DNA from: Octopus sinensis
Lineage: Eukaryota
Assembly (NCBI RefSeq): GCF_006345805.1
Contig: NC_043003.1
Location: 89,156,001 to 89,220,000 of the forward strand
Direction of reading: 5' to 3'
Length of the DNA stretch: 64,000 nucleotides
Notes under the pieces: generated by a model
What the model was told of the DNA's origin: nothing
The model's database searches: none
The model's input: the letters and a program-made list of their open reading frames with translations, nothing else
Part shown: positions 38,964-50,734 of the stretch, in pieces
Numbering within the stretch: position 1 is the stretch's first letter
Layout: every line of letters starts with the position of its first letter
Translations under genes and position numbers: made by a program

Positions 38964-39359
38964 TTACTCTTTTATTTGTTTCAGTCATTTGACTGTGGCC
39001 ATGCTGGAGCACCGCCTTTAGTCGAGCAAATCGATCCCAGGACTTATTCTTTGTAAGCCTAGTACTTATTCTATCGGTCTCTTTTGCTGAACTGCTAAGT
39101 TACGGGGATGTTAACACACCAGCATCGGTTGTCAAGCGATGTTGGGGGGACAAACACAGACACACAAACATATACACACACATACATACACATATACGAC
39201 GGGCTTCTTTCAGTTTCCATCTACCAAATCCACTTACAAGGCTTTGGTCGGCCCGAGGCTATAGTAGAAGACACTTGCCCAAGGTGCCACGCAGTGGGAC
39301 TGAACCCGGAACCATGTGGTTCGTAAACAAGCTACTTACCACACAGCCACTCCTACGCC
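38964..39359 (-). mobile_element. Full-length tRNA-derived SINE
   Basis: Head ggcgtaggagtggctgtgtggtaagtagc..ggttcagtccc, internal microsatellite, tail ggcggtgctccagcatggcc..gactgaaac. A decayed 3' part recurs at about 55770-55935. Confidence 0.85.
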
Positions 39360-40129
39360 TATATATATACATATATTACAGAGATTTACTTGCAGAGCAA
39401 GTGACCTGATCTGAGATCGTGTGCTGGAATGAAAACAATTGTAGCATGGAAGGTGTTTATAAGCCATTAAAGAAACACACAAAAACCATTAGATTCACTT
39501 CAACATTTAAATTTAATTTGCCAAAATATTTTCATCGCTTTCAGACCGCAACCTGTTCACTGACAAAATTCCATGCTGCATCTGAGAAAGTAACAGTTAG
39601 TTCATGATATATATGCATGTATGTTTTTATGTATGTATGTGTGTACATGTATGTGCATATGCATATGTGTACATGCGTATGCATTAGTGCATGCCTATAC
39701 GCATGTATGTATGTACGTTTGTAATTATGTATGTACGTGAGTATTTAGGTGTGTAGACGTGTCTGTGTGTGTGTACATGTGAATGTATGTTTATGTATTG
39801 ATATGTGTCTGTTCAAGTTGTATACATGACTGTTACTTTGTTGAAGGTTGTATACATACATATACATACATATGCATATACATATAGACACACACATATG
39901 TGTGTGTATGTGCATTTGTCCTTCTCACCACCGTCTACACTACAAACTAACAAAATGCTGAGTAATTAATAGCGACAGTGTCCCTCTGTTTACCATTTTA
40001 CAGCCACTTTATATGGGATTAGGGTCAATGGGGATTATGCATCTTTGCCAGATCATCACAAGATAAAAGCAGTTAAGGTGGAATCTATTTACCCAGACAC
40101 CTCTATTTCACTACTCATTGATTGTTGTT

Positions 40130-40480
40130 CTCCTTGAAGGCACACACCTTGTTAACATCCCAATGCACTCTTTTACCTACACAGACATGCCTGGGCTTAG
40201 ATTCTTTTTGTGAAACCTACTGCACATACTCAAGACATGATTGAGACTTTACATCTCCTTTCCTGCAGAGTCTACACACTCTGTTTGACTGAGTTTTATT
40301 GATCTTTACTTGTGCCACATTCATCCTAATGGTTTGTTCCTGAGCAACTATAATTTTCCCTTTGGTCCCCTGTTTCAGGTTCCTCACTATCAACCAAAGC
40401 CACTGTACTTTACTTCCAAAACCCTTAGTTTGTTGCATGAATTGGCCATGTAATTTCATTTCTTTCCATTTGCTTGTCAT
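40130..40480 (-). mobile_element. Fragment of an R4/Dong-like LINE C-terminus
   Basis: KLHGQF..WLWL..LKQGTKGKIIVAQEQ..CRLC..; KRVHWDV. Confidence 0.5.
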
Positions 40481-41184
40481 GTCAGTTATGTGAGTTCAAA
40501 TTTTGTTGGGGTTGACCTTGTCTTTCATACTTATGGGGGTGATGAAATAAGTACCAGTCAAGCACTGGAGGTCAATGCCATTGACTTGCTCCTTCCTTCA
40601 AAACTGCTGGCATAGTGCCAAAATTTGAAGTTCTTCTTCTTCTTATTATTATTATTTTATCATGAATGATATAGTGTAAAATATTACTAGCAGTATTAGC
40701 AATCATATTTACCCATAGACTTTTGTATGTATTCTTCTATAAATATTTGTCATTGACAGAAGTTTTATGTTGTTATCATTTGTTCAGAACAGTTAGCCAA
40801 GTGAATGAACATTTAAGAGAACCTAGATTTGATTAGCTTTGCTTTTTTTTTTTTTTTTTTTGTTGACAACATAGTTTACCATGTAAAACAATGGGTGAAA
40901 ATGTGTGGTAAAGTGTAAATAGTGAACACTTGTATCCATGTGGCAGTTTCGTCTGTTAATTAAAATTTAATGTTCTGGCAGTGGCTGTAGTTGAGTGGGA
41001 GAAAGAGTGAACTAGTCAATGGGATGAAGCTCTGATTCAGCATGATTCACTAAGTGTGGATCAGGTGGTTAGGATGTTACTTTTTTGTCTTACATTCTTG
41101 TTCTGGTTGTTGAAGAGGGAGACCCAGGAAGACATGGAACAAAGTTTTGATGGCTAATCTCAAAACGCTGAATCTTATGAAGTA

Positions 41185-41390
41185 ATGGTACCACATAAAA
41201 AGCACTAGTAATGGTGCCACATAAAAAGTATGCAGTATACTGTAGAGTGGTTGGTGTTAGGAAGGACATCCAGTCACAGAAACCAAGCCAAAACAGACTG
41301 TGGGACCTGGTGCAGCCCCTGGCCATGTCAATTTCTGTCAAGCCATCCAATCCATGCCAGCATGGAAAATGGATGTTAAATGATGATGAT
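41185..41390 (+). mobile_element. RTE family B 3' end
   Basis: gagtggttggtgttaggaagg..catgccagcatggaaaatggatgttaaatgatgatgat is shared with 23090-23230. Confidence 0.75.
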
Positions 41391-41841
41391 TTGAGTAGGA
41401 TTTGATTTGAGGAAAATAACACTAGCTATAATGAGAATTTTTAAAGGTTTTATTTTTGAAGGAACATGCACAGTCTCTGTGTATGCTGTTAACTAAACAA
41501 ACTGAATTAGATACAATGACGAAACTAATGATGTGGCACAATGTGAGCTTGTAGCCTTTAAAACTATGGCCTAAGTTCTTGGATTGGATATGTAATGTAT
41601 TGAAGTGCATACCACCTTCATCCAAATGCACACAGAACTTCATTCTTCTTCTAGTACTTCATTGACTGCCTTACTTACACTTACCCTGTACCATCCACTT
41701 AACTCATTTTTGCAAAATCAACATTTCCTTGAAACACTTTTTCAGCTGGAAGCCTTAAGTATTATTACCCTTTGTCCAGTTATCCCTGAATTCCAGTGTC
41801 AAAGAAGGTTAACAACCTAAAGGAAATTGTTTTCTCTTATA

Positions 41842-43113
41842 TTGGGTTGAGAAATAATTCTCAAGCGTTTTTTCAAATCTATTTTTAAAAAAAAGACTAC
41901 AACAAATTAATCAATAATGTACAGTCTGTTGTTGTTTATGATTTCCTCCCATTGTCCAACAAGTCTTTTGATGCCTCAGCAATAGAAATCTCCCGCTCTT
42001 GACTTCAAAGAATTTGTCCAACCAAGTTTTCAATTCCACGTTATTATTGAACAATACACCACACAAAGTGTTTGAAAGCAGTTGAAAGAGATGAAAATCT
42101 GATGGCGCCAAGTCTAAAGGAGTATGGTGGATGAGACAGCACATCCCATTGTGGCTTTGGGCATATTGGTAATGTGAGAAAATCGCAGCTTATTTCATAT
42201 TGGTGGTGTGAGGATGGGCATTGTCATGTTGCAGAAGAATGCCATTTCACTTAGCTGGTCTTTTTTGCTGAATTGCTTCATTGAGTTGGTGCAGTTGTTG
42301 AATGTAGAGCTCTGCAATGAGTGCTTGGTTGCACTCAAGCAGTTTGTAATGAATTGTGCCTTCCCAGTCTGACCATACACACAACATGGTCTTTTGAGGA
42401 TGAAGGTCTTGTTTTGCTCACGGAGTAGCTTGTTTGTCAAGGCTGAGCCATTCTTTTCGCTGCTTCATATTGACGCAAAGGCACCAGTTTTCATTGCTAG
42501 TGACAATGTGGTAAAGAAAACACTGAGCAATGTCAATCAAGCAAACTGCCGGCGATTGTGGAGTGTTGGTTTTAGTTGTTTTCATCTAAAGTGTGTGGCA
42601 CCCAAGTGCCATGTTTCTGAACCTTGCCCATTGAGTGAAGGTGATTCACCAAAGGTTTTCGATCACAATTCACCTGCTCTACCAATTCTCTGGTCGTTTG
42701 ACATGGATTTTCATGAAGAAGTTGATTCAATCATTCTTCATTGAACCCAATTGGTTGACTAGTGTGTGATCCATTCTTGAGGTCAAAATTCCCAATTTTG
42801 AAGCACGGAAACCAATGGTGGCTGGTACTTTGAGGCATTGCTCCTTTTCCATACACAGCACAAATCTCACGAGCAGCTTCAGTGGCCTTAACACTTAGAT
42901 TAAATGCAAAAAGCAAATGGTGTTGAAAATACTCAGTTTTGTCCACTTGACATTCCATTTTATTGATCTGGAAATACACAAAAATCAAAACACTTTCTTG
43001 TAGAGCAAAAAATTCCCTTTTAAATAACATGAAACATTTTGCCAATGAGTTTTATTTCTGTGTGCCCTTTTAAATTTGAAAAAAAAATGCTCTTGAATTA
43101 TTCCTCAATCCAG
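41842..43113 (-). mobile_element. Full-length but decayed mariner element
   Basis: MECQVDKTEYFQHHLLFAF..EAAREICAVYG..GNFDLK; LDLAPSDFHLF. Diverged TIRs ttgggttgagaaataattc and gaattattcctcaatccag. Confidence 0.8.
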
Positions 43114-43637
43114 TAATTCCATTCACATCTAAGGCATTTCACAAGAATATTAAATTGACTCCACTATATGACAGGTAGTTTATTTAATTTATCTCAGAAG
43201 GCTGCTGAAAAGAAAAGTTGACTTCAGGAGAATTTGAACTCAGAAATAAGGGAGTGTAATTAAATGACATGGACACTGACCTGTGATTCATTGCTTTTGA
43301 AAATCAACGTCATAGATGTGTGTGTGTGTGCGCGCACACACACACACACACATATATATTTACATACACAAATATACCTTATTTACACATACACATTGTA
43401 TAAATTATTATTCTATGTAACTCTTACTAAGTATGTTGAGTGCCTTTTTCTTTCATTTGTCCACTCACTGAACTCATAAGACTTATTTTATAGTTATACA
43501 TATAAAAACCAGCTTTTAGTCAAGAAGGAAAATGTGCAACATGGTATCATGAACGGTTTACCAACATATCATAAATCAAATATTTCATTGTTAATGACAT
43601 TAATAACTACCTTATTCTCTAAATTAATCTATATAGG

Positions 43638-43692
<55 letters not shown>

Positions 43693-43821
43693 ATTACTTT
43701 ATATAATTAGAATTATATAAAGTAATGTTTTAAATATACCGTAAATGGTCTTTTTACATACTGAACACTGCTTGGTAAAATTATTAATTACTAATTAATT
43801 AATTTTACCCTTATTATTATT

Positions 43822-43996
<175 letters not shown>

Positions 43997-44844
43997 TATA
44001 TATATAATGTACGCATATATAATGCAGTACGTTCTCAAGGTTATCGTCCCAATCACAGATATAGTGGACGAATCCGAAGACGTATACATATATTAACTTG
44101 CTTAGCAAACTTCATTTATCAATAAAAATAAATATATGTTCCTATACTACAGTTTTTCTAAAGCTCCGAGTATCAATCAATTAATCAATTCATCATAATT
44201 CAAATATCAATACATTACATAAGCAATCAGAAACATTATGTAAATAGGGTGATCCATCGCTTGCCTGGTTGAAAGCTAAGTTTTCAGTCGAAATGAACTG
44301 GAATTTCTTCCGTCCAACAGCCGTTAATCTAAATTTATTCCAGCTGTTCAGATTCTAGTTACAATGCTGTCATTTCTCTTTGATTTTGACATCAACACAC
44401 ACCAGATGGTCTAATTAACAGACGTTTATCTAGTAATCCTAGTGCGGTCTTTGTAGATATAGCGGTACTGATGTGTAGCAGGAACTATCGTCAATGATGA
44501 AGATAGTGTCAGAATTGCTACCACGACGCAGAGCTTTGCTGCTTTCCATATATTTAAAATGAAAATCACTAAACCAAAATCACAACAAACAAAAAAAATC
44601 CCCCCCCATCTTCTGAAAATATCGATTTGACGAAACGAAACAGATAATTAAAACAATCGATTTATCCGCATATGTGGAATGAATGCATTATTTGCTTTAG
44701 CAACATAGTAATTGAAAGATTGCAGAGTAAATGAATGGAACGAGTCAGGTGTTGTGGGACGTAATCAAAGGGGAGACAATCATTTTGCTTCCGAGAATGT
44801 CACTAGGGGTGCTCAAAGATCGCTGCTTTAGCATTAACACCGCC

Positions 44845-44874
44845 ATGATTGCTGTGCTTGCAGTGGGTGTGTAA
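44845..44874 (+). promoter_or_regulatory. Candidate uORF (MIAVLAVGV*) 35 nt upstream of the GRAF start
   Basis: accgccATG context, TAA stop before the main ATG. Confidence 0.45.
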
Positions 44875-44909
44875 AGATTGCCGTTCATTGGAGACGTTCG
44901 AAATTAATC

Positions 44910-47537
44910 ATGGGGCTGCGACCGCTGGAATTCGCGGAATGTTTAACAGATAGTCCGTATTTTCGAGAGAATTTACACGAGCATGAAAAAGAATTGGAAA
45001 GAACAAGCAAATCTATCAAAAGCTTGATAGCTTGCGGAAAGGAACTCATTAACGCTGCGAGAAATCTGTCGAAAGCCCAGAAAGCTTTTTCACAAAATCT
45101 GCAGGAATTTCGATTTGAAACAATAGGAAATCAACAAACTGATGATGAAGTAGTAATTGCAGCTTCTCTCAAGGAGTTTGGAGATTGTTTCTTAGCAATT
45201 GAGGAAGTATTTGAAAGAATGCTAGATAAAGCAAAAGATATGTTTTTGGCCCCTTTGGAAAGGTTCCGTAAAGAAAACATTGGAAAAGCTAAAGAAGAAA
45301 AGAAACAGTTTGAAAAACAAACATCTAAATTTTGTGCTTCACAAGAGCGCTATCTCAACTTGAAACCTAAAACTAACGACACTACATTCCAAGAGGCTGA
45401 TGCAGCTCTTGTTTTGGAAGGTAAGCATTTTTACCAAGCATCCATGAAATATGTTCTTTTATTACAAGAAGTGCAAGAGAAAAAAAAATTTGATTTTGTC
45501 GAAATTATTCTTACATTTATATCTAATTGGTTAACTGTTTACCATCAGGGCCATGAAGTGGCTAGAGAATTTAAAACTAACATGAGTGACCTGCAGCTAC
45601 GATTGCAGAACACGCGAGAGAACTTTAATAGTACTAGGGATGAAGCGGAACTTTTGATGAATAAAATGTTAGAGACCAGAGGTTCTCGTGGTGAGTTTAC
45701 TCTGGCCCCTAAGGATTGTAGTCGACAGGGTTATCTCTTTCTCATGGAGAAAAAAGCTCTCGGTACTAACTGGACGAAATGCTACTGTCGCTATTTCAAG
45801 GAACACAAAACTTTCTCTATGATTCCCTATAATCAAATGGTTGGCAAACTCAGTCAACCAGAAACAGGAACTCTTATGTCTTGTATAAGGAGAGCATCTG
45901 ATTCCATTGATAAACGATTTTGTTTTGATATAACTATTTCTGACAAGCCAACTGTAATCTTTACATTCCAAGCATTGTCCGAAGATGATCGACACCTATG
46001 GCTCGATGCTATGGATGGAAAAGAACCTACCTATCAAACTCCCAACAAAACGTCTGAAGAGACCTATATTTTGGATAACATTGGGTTTCAGTTTATCAAT
46101 AAATGTATCGGTTCTATAGAGAGAAAAGGCCTGACGGACCAGGGTCTCTATAGATTGGTTGGTGTCAACTCGAAAGTAAACCGACTTGTTAACATGGGAC
46201 TTGATCGTCGAAAAGTTGATAAGCTTTGCTTAGATGACGCTGGAACCTGGGAAGTGAAAACAATCACCAGCTCCATTAAACATTATCTTAGATCTTTACC
46301 GGAACCTTTGATGACCTTCCGTTTGCACGAGAATTTTATCACTGCTGCCAAACGTGAGTCTAAACTTTTGCGATTTCATGATATACATAGTCTTGTACAT
46401 AAGCTGCCTCAAAAGAACTTCAAAATGTTAGATTTGCTATGTAGTCACCTAAAAAGAGTTTCTGATAAGAGTGATATCAACCTTATGACTGTTGCCAACC
46501 TCGGCGTGTGTTTCGGGCCAACTCTAATGCGGCCCGAAGAAGAGACTGTGGCCGCTATAATGGATATTAAATTTTGCAATATCGTCATTGAAATTTTAAT
46601 AGGAAACTATGAAGAGATTTTCAAACAGACACCTGTAGATATTGGACTTTTAGATGATCTGGAAGATTGTAAACTGTCACCTGCTGAGAGTACAACTACC
46701 ACAAAGAAAAGCTTGGAAAATCAAGCTTTGCCTTCAGGTGCCTCTAGTCATGGAATACCTCCATCTCCTGTTCCTGCGACACACTATAGCAATGTATCAT
46801 CAACTGTTAATTCAAGTCCTGGTTTGCCTAAAAGTGGACCCTTTTCTGAACATGGCTCTCCAAAATATGCAGCTCCTGTTGTGATGCGATCGCATAATTT
46901 ACCAAAAACTAGACAACAGGGTATTGGACACGGTCATCTGAGTCAAGTTGGTGCTGCTATTGGTGGAGTTCATATGACGGGTCACGATCCCAGTCGTGGT
47001 AGCAGTACCAGCGGGAGTTCAGAATCCTTGAATTCTTACAAATCCCCTTCGACAAACCCTTCGCCTCAATTGGATTCTAATCGCAGAGGCCCTATTATGC
47101 CTGCAATGTTTACAAGTGCCCCAGCATCTGCTTTCTCTGGATCCAAGATTCAAACTCTTGGCGATATTGGGACGTTTGGCAGTATTAAAAGGCGTAACGC
47201 CACTGAGTCGTATGCTGGTGGTGGAGGAGGAGGCAGCGGCGGCTTGAGTGTTGGGGGAGGTGCTTTACGTTCGTCGATGCACAGTGGCACGACTAGCAGC
47301 AACGTTGGGCTCCTTCCAGATTCATCTTCTGCCATGTCTAAGTCTATGACTGAACAGCGTTTACGTACTGTTCGAACTCTTTACAACTGCCAGGCAGAAA
47401 ATGATTCTGAGTTGTCTTTTCATGCCAACCAATTCATCTATCAGGTGAAACCATCGCAGGAAGCTTGTTGGTTAGAAGGTACATTGGATGGTGTGACAGG
47501 GCTTATACCTGAGAATTATGTAGAGTATGTTGATTAG
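44910..47537 (+). CDS. Graf: GRAF/ARHGAP26-oligophrenin family Rho GTPase-activating protein, single exon, 875 aa
   Basis: BAR (MGLRPLEFAECLTDSPYFRENL), PH (RQGYLFLMEKKALGTNW), RhoGAP (GLYRLVG arginine finger, KHYLRSLPEPL, NLMTVANLGVCFGPTL), low-complexity linker, SH3 (TLYNCQAENDSELSF..WLEGTLDGVTGLIPENYVE). Confidence 0.95.
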   Translation: MGLRPLEFAECLTDSPYFRENLHEHEKELERTSKSIKSLIACGKELINAARNLSKAQKAFSQNLQEFRFETIGNQQTDDEVVIAASLKEFGDCFLAIEEVFERMLDKAKDMFLAPLERFRKENIGKAKEEKKQFEKQTSKFCASQERYLNLKPKTNDTTFQEADAALVLEGKHFYQASMKYVLLLQEVQEKKKFDFVEIILTFISNWLTVYHQGHEVAREFKTNMSDLQLRLQNTRENFNSTRDEAELLMNKMLETRGSRGEFTLAPKDCSRQGYLFLMEKKALGTNWTKCYCRYFKEHKTFSMIPYNQMVGKLSQPETGTLMSCIRRASDSIDKRFCFDITISDKPTVIFTFQALSEDDRHLWLDAMDGKEPTYQTPNKTSEETYILDNIGFQFINKCIGSIERKGLTDQGLYRLVGVNSKVNRLVNMGLDRRKVDKLCLDDAGTWEVKTITSSIKHYLRSLPEPLMTFRLHENFITAAKRESKLLRFHDIHSLVHKLPQKNFKMLDLLCSHLKRVSDKSDINLMTVANLGVCFGPTLMRPEEETVAAIMDIKFCNIVIEILIGNYEEIFKQTPVDIGLLDDLEDCKLSPAESTTTTKKSLENQALPSGASSHGIPPSPVPATHYSNVSSTVNSSPGLPKSGPFSEHGSPKYAAPVVMRSHNLPKTRQQGIGHGHLSQVGAAIGGVHMTGHDPSRGSSTSGSSESLNSYKSPSTNPSPQLDSNRRGPIMPAMFTSAPASAFSGSKIQTLGDIGTFGSIKRRNATESYAGGGGGGSGGLSVGGGALRSSMHSGTTSSNVGLLPDSSSAMSKSMTEQRLRTVRTLYNCQAENDSELSFHANQFIYQVKPSQEACWLEGTLDGVTGLIPENYVEYVD

Positions 47538-47763
47538 TTCTGTTTGGCTTATCGTTGACAGGCTGACTGGCATTCTCTCTCATTTTTTAAAATCTTGTTC
47601 ATATAAAATGTTCTCAGTTTCAGATTTTTATGAAAGGTAGAAGGAATGTTAACACCATTCACTTTTTTTTTTATCTATTATCGTCAGCAATGTTTTAAAA
47701 ATAGCCTTGAAACAAAATTCAGACAATCTTACTGCAAAGTGATATTTTGCTTAGTATGCATGT

Positions 47764-47809
<46 letters not shown>

Positions 47810-48621
47810 AAACATATATATGTGGGTGGGTATGCTTTTAAATCACGAATTGCATTCATAAATTAACGGGGTGTATTACTCTGTAAATGGTGATATAGAA
47901 GAAATATCGAGGGATGAAAAAAACTGAAAAGCTTTGCCGTTATTATAGTTAAATTATTTTTCTTCCTTCTACTGCCTTGTTTTCTACAAGTGGTGGAATG
48001 TAGTTAAAATGCCATGTCACCCTCCCCTGTGTAGTAGCCAAGGGCAGATAATTTCCCGCACTTTCAATATATTTCCTTACTTCCGGTTAAAAATGTTTTT
48101 TCTTTCCCCACCCACATTTAGCAAGAAAAGTAACTTTTTAGCAATTTTTTAAAGTAATTCAGTCAGTTATGTCAACTTTTATTGAGAATTTTAGATTCTT
48201 GAAATATTGCTTATAGGGAACAGCAACATATTTCAGCAAATAAATTATACTACAAAGTCTATGAATGCAAACCTATTCGAATGCAACAAAAAAAAACTTC
48301 TATGTCCGTATTTAAAGATTAGCAACAAACTTTTTATTTTTATTTATTACTTTCATATGTTCTCAATATTTTCTGCATTTATGCATGCATAAATTATGAC
48401 TTAGAGGGAGGTCATGAAATATATCTCTTGTGTACGCCTGAATATGTCGAAGTCCAACTCATTATAATTTAATCTATAAATATACCTCTCAAGTAATTAA
48501 TATTAAAAATGGAGAGTTACCTGGAATACATTAATTTTTTTTTTTTTTTTTGCTGTTTTCGAACAATTATTTTCGTTCATTGACTCCATATAATTATAAC
48601 TGCTGTTTATGGAAAACAAAT

Positions 48622-48709
48622 GGCGGAGGTAAAGAATACACACACCACTCGTTTTCGGCGGTTAGGGTTACGCCGAAAATGGGTGGTGTGCGTATTCTTT
48701 ACCATCACC
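48622..48709. mobile_element. 88-bp hairpin MITE with GG ends and 8-bp TSD; loop contains TTAGGG
   Basis: ggcggaggtaaagaatac..ttttcggcg-gttagggtta-cgccgaaaa..gtattctttaccatcacc. TSD aaacaaat on both sides. Confidence 0.85.
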
Positions 48710-49607
48710 AAACAAATTAACAACAATACCAATGAAATAATGGTATTCCAATACCCACCTATTATAATGATGCAAACTCTCTATGTTTAGTTTGCTCATT
48801 TCCAGTGTTATATACCTCCTATCTTCATTTATCTTTTATTCTTACATCTTCTATAAATATAATCGCATTCAACATTTAAATCTTTCTCCATTGGTAAACT
48901 AAAAGCTTGCTGACTTTTCCTTCTATTTTCAAAAGAAAAAAAAATGGAAAAGATAAACTAAATAGCGATGACTTCGAGTCTATACATTTCACGATAATTT
49001 TTGTCCTTGATTAAATTTTGTAGGCCCAGTAATGTTTGGGGACCGTTAGTTCTTTTGAGCCACCGACAGTGTACAAAATTTGAATGAACTTTTTAAATTA
49101 AATTATTCGTCTTCTAAGAATATATAAACCTTGATTTAAAACTCACATTCAAATCAGTGATTTTTTTCTTTTCTTCAGTGAAGTAATTTTATATCTGGTG
49201 GAAGTTAGAGTTTTCTTAAGTTTTATGGCACCAGACGCATGACCTTTGTACATACTAAGATTTTGACTTCCATATGTAGAATACAAATTTGTAAAAGTTT
49301 TCAGAAATTTTCAAAAAATAAAAAGAATTATAAGGGGTTATATGGGGTGCTTTAACTAGAATTCCGTCTATTTCGTAATTAACAACAGAACAAAGATTTT
49401 TTTTCACTTCAAAATAACTGGTTTCGTATTCCATAGCTCTCTCCCAGTCGTTCTTTCTTCATCCCAAACTGCCGAGAAGCCCCCTCATGGTCGTTGCTAG
49501 TTCAGTTTCATAAAAAGTTGTTTAAAATTTTCCCAAAAGTAGTAGATTGTTAGAAAATAAATCAAAATGACCATTTTACTAGTAAATTCATGTGTTTGTA
49601 ACAAAGG

Positions 49608-50734
49608 GGCGGAGGTAAAGGACATGGGACCCATCTTCTCGACTGCGGAGATTCCGAAACTGCAAAAAAAAAAAAATCTGCATTTCAAAATTTTAATCCC
49701 ACCCCTTAATTTTTCACTTGGATCTTTTCGGTTTGAACGGCAGTTTTTTTTATAATTTCCACGTAAGTAAACACTTTTAAACTTCGTATACTGGTAGAAT
49801 GTGTTTATAAAACATTTTTTTCCTCTTGGCTTTATTGAGAAAATTCTATAGTTTGTAAGATATTTGTTGGTTTTTTTTCTTCAATATCTGCAATTTCAAC
49901 CAATCAATGACGTCTATTGAAGTGAAAACATTCTGTGCCGTATGAATATGTCCCTCGTTTAAGAAACAGATTGGGTTTATTTACATTTCTGAAGAAAAAA
50001 ATATACCCTTCCCCCACCCCTAGCCCTAACTAACCCTAACCCTAAAACAGATTGAAATGCAATAGATCGATACTAGGGTCATAATTATGGGTGACAATTT
50101 CATATGACACCGCTAGAAAAAACTGCCGTTCAAACCGAAAAGTTCCTTTCACTTTTTTTTTGAAATTTTTTGGGTCGAAATACGTAGAAAAATACAGAGA
50201 TGATTCTGACAAAAAAAATTTGTAAAATTTCAATTTTTCAAATAAATAAATATCCCCTCCTCCTAAAATAGCAGACATAAAAAGTAAACAGAAAACTCGA
50301 CATACTAGAAACAGCAGCTAAACGACGAATCACGTTTTCAAGATTTTAATTTGCCCCCACTCTTTTATTTTTTGCCAGATGGGTGTAGAGGAGGAAAATT
50401 AAAATTTTGAAAACGTGTTTTGGGGTTTTCAAAATCTTCAATTTTTAAGTACGCTCCAACTAGAAAGTCCAACAAGCTAGAAACAACAGCCAAACCGAAG
50501 ATCCACTTTCTAAATACGAATTAACAAAAAAAGAAAAAAATTTTAAATGTCTTTTTGTTGTGTGTGTGCAAAAAGAACTAATTTTTACATACTTCTCTTA
50601 ATTCCAAATTAAAATTTTGAAATGCTGATTTTTTTTTGCAGATTCAGGATCTCTGCAGTCAAAAAGATGGGTTTCTGTAGGGAAAAAAAACAAAAAACTA
50701 AAAGGGGGTGTGGTCCATGTCCTTTACCTCTGCC
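49608..50734. mobile_element. 1.1-kb non-autonomous TIR element (ends GGCGGAGGTAAAG)
   Basis: Ends ggcggaggtaaaggacatgg and ccatgtcctttacctctgcc, with subterminal inverted homology. Flanks taacaaagg/taataatgg match at 7 of 9 positions. Confidence 0.75.
49720..50146. mobile_element. Nested 427-bp MITE with telomere-like repeats
   Basis: TIR ggatcttttcggtttgaacggcagttttt and aaaaactgccgttcaaaccgaaaagttcc. Perfect 8-bp TSD tttcactt. ccctaactaaccctaaccctaa at about 50024-50045. Confidence 0.85.

Noticed and set aside
39520-39580. Minus-strand cagtgaacagg..ctgaaagcg as a hammerhead
   Set aside because: Non-canonical core and weak stems.
50024-50045. True telomere or chromosome-fusion scar
   Set aside because: Only a few CCCTAA units, located inside a TSD-flanked MITE.
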